Source: Elusimicrobiota bacterium
GTDB lineage: Bacteria > Elusimicrobiota > Elusimicrobia > F11
Length of the DNA stretch: 64,000 nt
Direction: 5' to 3'
NCBI GenBank assembly: GCA_044221725.1
Contig: JBGAON010000004.1
Location: 256,001-320,000, forward strand
Below are positions 58,418-64,000 of the stretch, piece after piece. The translations under genes were made by a program, and so were the position numbers. Under the pieces are notes generated by a model. That model made no database searches and was not told the DNA's origin. It saw nothing but the letters and a program-made list of their open reading frames with translations. Numbering within the stretch: position 1 is the stretch's first letter; each line of letters begins with the position of its first letter.

Positions 58418-59424
58418 AAATCGAATCCGATTTTCTCGGAAAGAAATTGCTGTGGCTGTCCGAAAAGGACGTGCAAAGTTTATTGACAATGGACGAGGCC
58501 GTGAAAGCGGTCGAAGAAGCGTTTCGTCTGCACGGTTCGCAGCAAACGCAGATGCCATCGAAAGTTTATTTGCAATTCGACCCATACGACGGAGATTTGC
58601 GTTCGATGCCGGCCTACATCAAAGGATCGTTGTCGGCCGCGGGCGTGAAAATTGTGAACTCCACGCCGTCGAACCCAGAGAAAGGGTTGCCCGCCGTCTC
58701 TGGCATCATGGTGTACGTTGATCCGCAGACAGGCCTGCCGCTCGGAATTTTTGGCGCCGGAAATCTAACAGCGATTCGAACGGGGGCCGCTGGTGGTATC
58801 GCTGCAAAATATTTGGCACGCAAGGACTCGAAGACCATTGGTCTTATAGGGTGCGGCCGCCAAGCCGCCACGCAGCTCGAGGCGCTCAACAAGTTCTTTA
58901 AAATCGAAAACGTTTTCGTCTGGGGAAAAACTCAGGAAGAAATCCAAACGTTCTGCAAACTCAGCGGAGCGTTGCACCCGAACTTGCAACCGGTCCAAAC
59001 CGTGCAAGAAGCAGCTCAGGCCGACATTCTTGTAACGACCACACCCGTGAAGCAACCGCTGGTGAAAAAGGCGTGGGTGAAACCGGGCGCGCACATCAAC
59101 GCGATCGGGGCGGACGCGCCCGGCAAGCAGGAATTGGAAACCGCTCTGCTAAAATCCGCGCACGTGGTTGTGGACGAGTGGCACCAAGCATCGCACGCCG
59201 GTGAGATCAATGTTGCGCATTCCGCCGGAGAATTTTCTGAAAAAGATTTGACCGCCCAGCTCGGAGATGTGGTAAGCGGAAAGAAAAAAGGACGTTCGTC
59301 CGATCAAGATATAACGATTTTTGATTCAACCGGACTCGCTATTCAAGACGTCGCCGTCGCGAAAGTCGTGTTCGAAAAAGCATTAAAAACAAAACAAGGT
59401 CAGGTGTTGTCGATTTATGGTTGA
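58414..59424 (+). CDS. Ornithine cyclodeaminase/mu-crystallin family (archaeal-type alanine dehydrogenase-like)
   Basis: GDLRSMPAY, TAIRTGA, GADAPGKQE, FDSTGLAIQD. Confidence 0.9.
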   Translation: MKIESDFLGKKLLWLSEKDVQSLLTMDEAVKAVEEAFRLHGSQQTQMPSKVYLQFDPYDGDLRSMPAYIKGSLSAAGVKIVNSTPSNPEKGLPAVSGIMVYVDPQTGLPLGIFGAGNLTAIRTGAAGGIAAKYLARKDSKTIGLIGCGRQAATQLEALNKFFKIENVFVWGKTQEEIQTFCKLSGALHPNLQPVQTVQEAAQADILVTTTPVKQPLVKKAWVKPGAHINAIGADAPGKQELETALLKSAHVVVDEWHQASHAGEINVAHSAGEFSEKDLTAQLGDVVSGKKKGRSSDQDITIFDSTGLAIQDVAVAKVVFEKALKTKQGQVLSIYG

Positions 59425-60709
59425 TATAGCTCCGTTCCGTGCGCTCCGTTCTTCCGTGGACAAAAAGAGCGCCGATGTTTCTTCGTTTATTTGTCCGCCT
59501 TACGACGTAATCTCTCCGCATCAACGCGAATCGCTTGAAGCAAAATTTCCGACGAACGTCGTGCAGTTGGAATTGCCGAAAGGCATGAACGGCGAAAAAT
59601 TTTCAAACGCCGGAAAAATACTTAACGAATGGAAAGCCAACGGTGTGCTGCAAGAAGACCGGATGGCGTCGTTTTATTTGCTGGAAACAACGTTTCAGAT
59701 CAAAGATGCTTTCGCACCGAACAAGAAATTAAAGCGCTACGGCGTGTTTGTGGCGCTTCAACTTGAAACACCGGGCAAAGGCGCCGTGCACCCGCACGAA
59801 AAAACATTGCCGAAGGCGAAAGAAGAACGTTTGAATCTCATCACGGCGCTCAAGACCGATGTGAGCCCGATCTTTGGACTCTTTTTCGATAAGAAAAGCG
59901 AATGGAGAAAATGGGTGGCCAAGGTGGTAAAACAAAAACCGCTCGTGAAGGGCCAAGAGTCCAAAGAATTGTCGCACCGGTTGTGGAAAGTGGAAGCGCC
60001 GGCGCTTCAGAAAGAGATCCGGTCGCTTCTGAAGAAGAAAGATCTTTACATTGCGGATGGGCATCATCGTTACGAAGTGGCGTGGACCTACAGCGAACAA
60101 CGCTTGAAAAGCGAGCCGCGTGCCGCGCTTGAATCCGGCTGGCGGCGGGTCATGACGTACGTGTGCCCCATGGAAGAGCCAGGGCTCTTAATGCTGCCGA
60201 CGCATCGCCTCGTCAAATCGAAACACACGGTGCAAGAATGGCGCGAACATCTTTCCAAATATTTCGTGATTGAGCCGGCGGCGAACGTTTCGGCGATTGT
60301 AAAAGAGTTAAAGAATCCGAAGCAGCGAAGAATCGGCTGGGTGTTTGCCGGGGGCACCGCGTTTCTGAAGCCGCGTGCCGATGTTCCGCTCGATCAGTTG
60401 TTGCGCGCCCGACCGCCGGCGCTTCGCGCGCTTGATGTTATCTTGCTCCACGACGTCGCGCTTGGAGAACTAATTAAGCCCGAGTTTTTGGGCGAGCGCG
60501 AAATCATTTTCACGCGTGACCTGGACGGTATGGACGTGCTCGTCGAGAAAGATCCGTCGTGGGTTGGTTTTGTTCTCGCGTCGCCGGGCGTTGCCTCGTT
60601 GGCGCGCGTGGCCGAAGCGCACGAAGTGATGCCGCCGAAGACCACCTATTTTTATCCAAAGGTGCCAACGGGATTCGCGATGATGGGGCTCGAGCAAAGC
60701 ATTTCATGA
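59417..60709 (+). CDS. DUF1015 family protein
   Basis: PFRA, PPYDVI, PHEKT, IADGHHRY, PTHR, MPPKTTYFYPK. Confidence 0.92.
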   Translation: MVDIAPFRALRSSVDKKSADVSSFICPPYDVISPHQRESLEAKFPTNVVQLELPKGMNGEKFSNAGKILNEWKANGVLQEDRMASFYLLETTFQIKDAFAPNKKLKRYGVFVALQLETPGKGAVHPHEKTLPKAKEERLNLITALKTDVSPIFGLFFDKKSEWRKWVAKVVKQKPLVKGQESKELSHRLWKVEAPALQKEIRSLLKKKDLYIADGHHRYEVAWTYSEQRLKSEPRAALESGWRRVMTYVCPMEEPGLLMLPTHRLVKSKHTVQEWREHLSKYFVIEPAANVSAIVKELKNPKQRRIGWVFAGGTAFLKPRADVPLDQLLRARPPALRALDVILLHDVALGELIKPEFLGEREIIFTRDLDGMDVLVEKDPSWVGFVLASPGVASLARVAEAHEVMPPKTTYFYPKVPTGFAMMGLEQSIS

Positions 60710-61290
60710 GTTGGATTGACGTCGTCGCCATTGTCCTCGTTATCGTTTTTGTTGCGCTCGGCGCGCGCATGGGAAGCTTGTGGATTGGCGCCTGCTTGAT
60801 CGGCGGATTTTTTGGTGCATTCCTCGTTGAGTATTACCAGCTTCCCGTTAGTGAGATGATCGGCGGGTTCCCTGGTGCGCGGCTGGTGGCGGGACTTTTG
60901 CTTTTTGTCGGTGGCATTGTCATCGCGCTTGTGCCCGGATGGGCGTTGACCAAACTCACGCACGCCATGTTTTTGGGGGTCGTCGACAGTATTGTGGGTT
61001 TGTTCACGGGTTTTCTTGCTGGTGTTGTGGCCATTGCATTGATGCTGTTGTTTGTCGTCCCGCGGTTTCCGAGCATTGAAAAATCCGCGCCCTGGAAAAA
61101 ATCGGTCGTGATCAAACCGCTGCACAACTTTTTGGAAGATTTGTTCAGCGATTCTCGTTTTCAAAAAACATCGGCCACCGAACAATTCAAAGACGATTTT
61201 GTGAAGGATTTTAAACCGGCGATCGAAGAGACGCAGAAATCCATCGAACACACCGCGAACACCGTCGCAAAGAAATTCAAAAAGAAATAA
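60706..61290 (+). CDS. CvpA-family membrane protein
   Basis: M.WID start, 4 TM, DSIVG..G, S.V tail. Confidence 0.75.
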   Translation: MSWIDVVAIVLVIVFVALGARMGSLWIGACLIGGFFGAFLVEYYQLPVSEMIGGFPGARLVAGLLLFVGGIVIALVPGWALTKLTHAMFLGVVDSIVGLFTGFLAGVVAIALMLLFVVPRFPSIEKSAPWKKSVVIKPLHNFLEDLFSDSRFQKTSATEQFKDDFVKDFKPAIEETQKSIEHTANTVAKKFKKK

Positions 61291-61310
61291 CGGCGTTGGA
61301 CTAACCAAAC

Positions 61311-62627
61311 ATGAAAACGAGCGCCCGTGTTTTTTCCGCTGTACCGGGCGATTGTTTATGGTTCTGGCAACAAATCCATTCCGCTCCGACGAACGGATTC
61401 TTCTTCGGCCCTCCTGATTCGAACATTTCCGATCAATATATGTCGGCGGCGGAGCCGTTGCGCCAATGGCAGGTCCCCCTTGCTGGTGTGCCGGATCTGT
61501 TGAACAAAATTAAGCAATCGTTTCGAACGTCATCACCAGCGCCGCGCTACGTGGGGTTTCTTGGGTTTGAAGCCGGGCGCAGTTTTGACAAAGGCATTGG
61601 CCAGTTGCTGATGCGTCCAAATCCATTAAAGACACCGGTCGCATTGTTTGGTGATTATGCTGCGATTGTTCGAGTGGATCGAAAAAAACGGAAAACAATT
61701 CTTTATTTTCGAGGCACGCCGCGGAAACGAGAAAAGCTCGAACGCAAAATAAACCAAATGCTCGCCTTGTCGTGCTCGGTACCGGTGCGTGAAACCAAGC
61801 GCGAACGAACCGGTGCGTTTTTCGAGCATCCCGACCAACACGCGTTTTCAACAATGGTCCGACGAGCGAAAGATCATATCGCGCGGGGCGATATTTATCA
61901 GGCAAATCTCAGCATCCGCTTTCAAAAAAAATTTGATGGTCGTCCGCTGAATTTTTATCGCGCGCTCGCCGAACGAAACCCATCGCCTTATTCGAGCGTC
62001 ATTAAATTTGGCGAGAAGTGGATTGTTGGTTCATCGCCAGAGCTCTTGATAAAGGTAGAAGGGCAACACGCAATCACGCGGCCCATCGCCGGCACGCGGC
62101 CGCGCGGCGCAACGCGCGCTGCGGACCGTCGGCGCCGCGGACAACTGTTGTTGTCGCCAAAGGAACGCGCCGAACATATTATGTTGGTGGATTTGGAGCG
62201 CAACGATCTCGGGCGTGTGTGCGCGCCGGGTTCGGTCAAAGTGACGGACCGGTTCTCCGTGGAAAATTATTCGCACGTGATGCACATCGTTTCGCAAGTG
62301 GAAGGCCGCCTCGCGCCAGCAAAAGATTCGGTGGATGCGCTCAAAGCGGTGTTCCCCGGTGGAACCATCACCGGTTGTCCGAAGATCAAATCGATCGAGA
62401 TTATTGAAAGGATTGAGCGCATTGCGCGCGGTCCGTTTTATGGCAGCGCCGGATTCTTTTGCGAGAATGGCGACGCCGTGTTCAATATTTTGATTCGCAC
62501 GGCACTCGTTTCCGATCATAAAATTTATATCCAAGCGGGAGCGGGCATCGTTGCGGATTCGAACGCCAAGCGCGAGTACCGCGAAGTCATCGCAAAAGCA
62601 AAGGCCTTGTTGGAGGTCGCACAATGA
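61311..62627 (+). CDS. Chorismate-binding enzyme (PabB/TrpE component I)
   Basis: GDIYQAN, SSPE, PIAGT, EHIMLVDLERNDL, FPGGTITGCPK. Confidence 0.92.
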   Translation: MKTSARVFSAVPGDCLWFWQQIHSAPTNGFFFGPPDSNISDQYMSAAEPLRQWQVPLAGVPDLLNKIKQSFRTSSPAPRYVGFLGFEAGRSFDKGIGQLLMRPNPLKTPVALFGDYAAIVRVDRKKRKTILYFRGTPRKREKLERKINQMLALSCSVPVRETKRERTGAFFEHPDQHAFSTMVRRAKDHIARGDIYQANLSIRFQKKFDGRPLNFYRALAERNPSPYSSVIKFGEKWIVGSSPELLIKVEGQHAITRPIAGTRPRGATRAADRRRRGQLLLSPKERAEHIMLVDLERNDLGRVCAPGSVKVTDRFSVENYSHVMHIVSQVEGRLAPAKDSVDALKAVFPGGTITGCPKIKSIEIIERIERIARGPFYGSAGFFCENGDAVFNILIRTALVSDHKIYIQAGAGIVADSNAKREYREVIAKAKALLEVAQ

Positions 62628-63523
62628 AAGTTTGTTTGAATGGCAAGCTCGTTCGTGAAGAGAACGCGGTCATTTCGATCCACGACCACGGTTTCTTGTA
62701 CGGCGACGGTGTCTATGAGACCTTGCGGGTCGCGGGCGGAAAAATTTTTGCACTGGACGATCATTTGAAGCGGCTCGCGCAATCGGCGGCCGGGATTGAG
62801 CTTCGGTTGCCGGCATCGCCGGCAAAACTCGGGCAGTTTGCGCAGAAAACGGTCGACGCGAACCAACACAAAGAGGCGTCGCTGCGCATCACGGTGACGC
62901 GCGGGCCGGGGCCGCACGGGTTTGACCCACGTCCGTGCAAAACACCCACGTGGCTCATCGTATCGCGCCCGTTTCACGGGTATCCCGCCAGGTTTTATTC
63001 CGCGGGGGCGAGCGCCGCGGTCGTGAACGTGCGGCGCAATAGCGCGGCAGCGCAGCCGCCGTCGATCAAATCCACGAGTTGTTTGAACAATGTGTTGGCC
63101 AAGATCGAAGCGAACCGCCGGAATGTTTTTGAAGCCATTATGCTGACCGAACAGGGGAATCTTGCCGAAGGCACTGTGAGCAACCTTTTTTTGGTGAAGC
63201 GCGGCCGGCTTTTCACGCCGGTGCTGGACGGCCAACAACTGGCCGGTGTCACTCGTCAATTGGTGTGCCAAATTGCGCGTGAGCAAGGCATCGGCGTGAC
63301 CGAGACCAAGTTGGGCGTGCGCGATTTGGCGACAGCCGACGAAGTATTTTTGACCAGCACGCTCATCGGAATACTGCCATTAACAAAGATTTTTGCGGTT
63401 CCCGATGATGCACGGGCTCGAAAGCTCGGCGTGGGGGCGGTCACCCGCGCACTTACCGCCGGGTACAAAAAGTTGCTACACTCCGCGCTCGTTTCAAAAT
63501 CCAACCGCCTCCGCGGAATCTAA
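62624..63523 (+). CDS. Class IV PLP aminotransferase (PabC/IlvE-like)
   Basis: DHGFLYGDGVYET, EGTVSNLF, LAGVTR, ADEVFLT. Confidence 0.92.
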   Translation: MKVCLNGKLVREENAVISIHDHGFLYGDGVYETLRVAGGKIFALDDHLKRLAQSAAGIELRLPASPAKLGQFAQKTVDANQHKEASLRITVTRGPGPHGFDPRPCKTPTWLIVSRPFHGYPARFYSAGASAAVVNVRRNSAAAQPPSIKSTSCLNNVLAKIEANRRNVFEAIMLTEQGNLAEGTVSNLFLVKRGRLFTPVLDGQQLAGVTRQLVCQIAREQGIGVTETKLGVRDLATADEVFLTSTLIGILPLTKIFAVPDDARARKLGVGAVTRALTAGYKKLLHSALVSKSNRLRGI

Positions 63524-63535
63524 ATTGAGAGAGTT

Positions 63536-64000
63536 ATGACATCCACGACGAAAAATTCCACCTCGACGGCCAAACGCGTACTGAAGCTCGGTATGCCCAA
63601 AGGCAGTTTGCAGGAATCCACCACCGAACTATTTAAAAAAGCGGGAATCCGCATCAGTACCGGCGATCGGTCCTACTTCCCTTACTGCGACGACGATGAA
63701 ATTGAAATCATGCTCGTCCGTTCCCAAGAAATGGGCAAATACGTGCAAGACGGTTTGTTTGACGCGGGCCTCACGGGTCAAGATTGGATTTTGGAAACGG
63801 GCGCCAAAGTCAAAGAAGTGTGCGAGCTCATTTACGGTAAATCCGGTTTCCGTCCGGTGCGCTGGGTGCTTGCCGTTCCCAACGATTCGAAAATTCAAAC
63901 CGTGAAAGACTTGCAGGGAAAAACGATTGCCACCGAACTCGTGAACTACACGAAGAAATATTTGGCCGATCGCAAAGTAAAAGCGACCGTCGAGTTTTCG
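63536..64000 (+). CDS. hisG: ATP phosphoribosyltransferase, 3'-partial
   Basis: Manual translation [11 protein letters not shown]...R.QEM..YV..G..DAG.TG.DW..E; runs off the window end. Confidence 0.95.
   Translation, partial: MTSTTKNSTSTAKRVLKLGMPKGSLQESTTELFKKAGIRISTGDRSYFPYCDDDEIEIMLVRSQEMGKYVQDGLFDAGLTGQDWILETGAKVKEVCELIYGKSGFRPVRWVLAVPNDSKIQTVKDLQGKTIATELVNYTKKYLADRKVKATVEFS

Overview
Gene-dense bacterial chromosomal segment with moderately high GC. An Elusimicrobiota/Omnitrophota-like lineage is inferred from the giant multidomain gene and the gene order; this is not proven. Most of the window is housekeeping: msrB (partial), an L,D-transpeptidase/peptidase M15 pair, serS, acs, a full F1Fo atp operon, def-fmt-rlmN-PASTA-rpe, two A-type Fe-S carriers, trxB, mnmG-rsmG, comEC, a phosphomutase, queG, tpiA, mtnP, hemB, lepB, hemL, pabB/pabC-like genes and hisG (partial). 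No rRNA, tRNA, CRISPR array or transposase was recognised. The most unusual element is a translationally coupled three-gene operon (44167-48337). It encodes a Pro/acidic scaffold-like protein, a DnaA-family AAA+ protein that lacks domains I and IV, and an orphan cytoplasmic histidine kinase. The first two proteins end in paralogous ~120-aa domains whose pattern resembles the Argonaute MID domain. Other notable items: (1) a 3049-aa protein in which enzyme-like domains are separated by three CAAX-protease-like membrane modules; (2) palindromic repeats placed at atp subunit boundaries, over the fmt start and in frame inside queG; (3) a long structured leader upstream of the Fe-S carrier genes; (4) repeated signs of leaderless transcripts.
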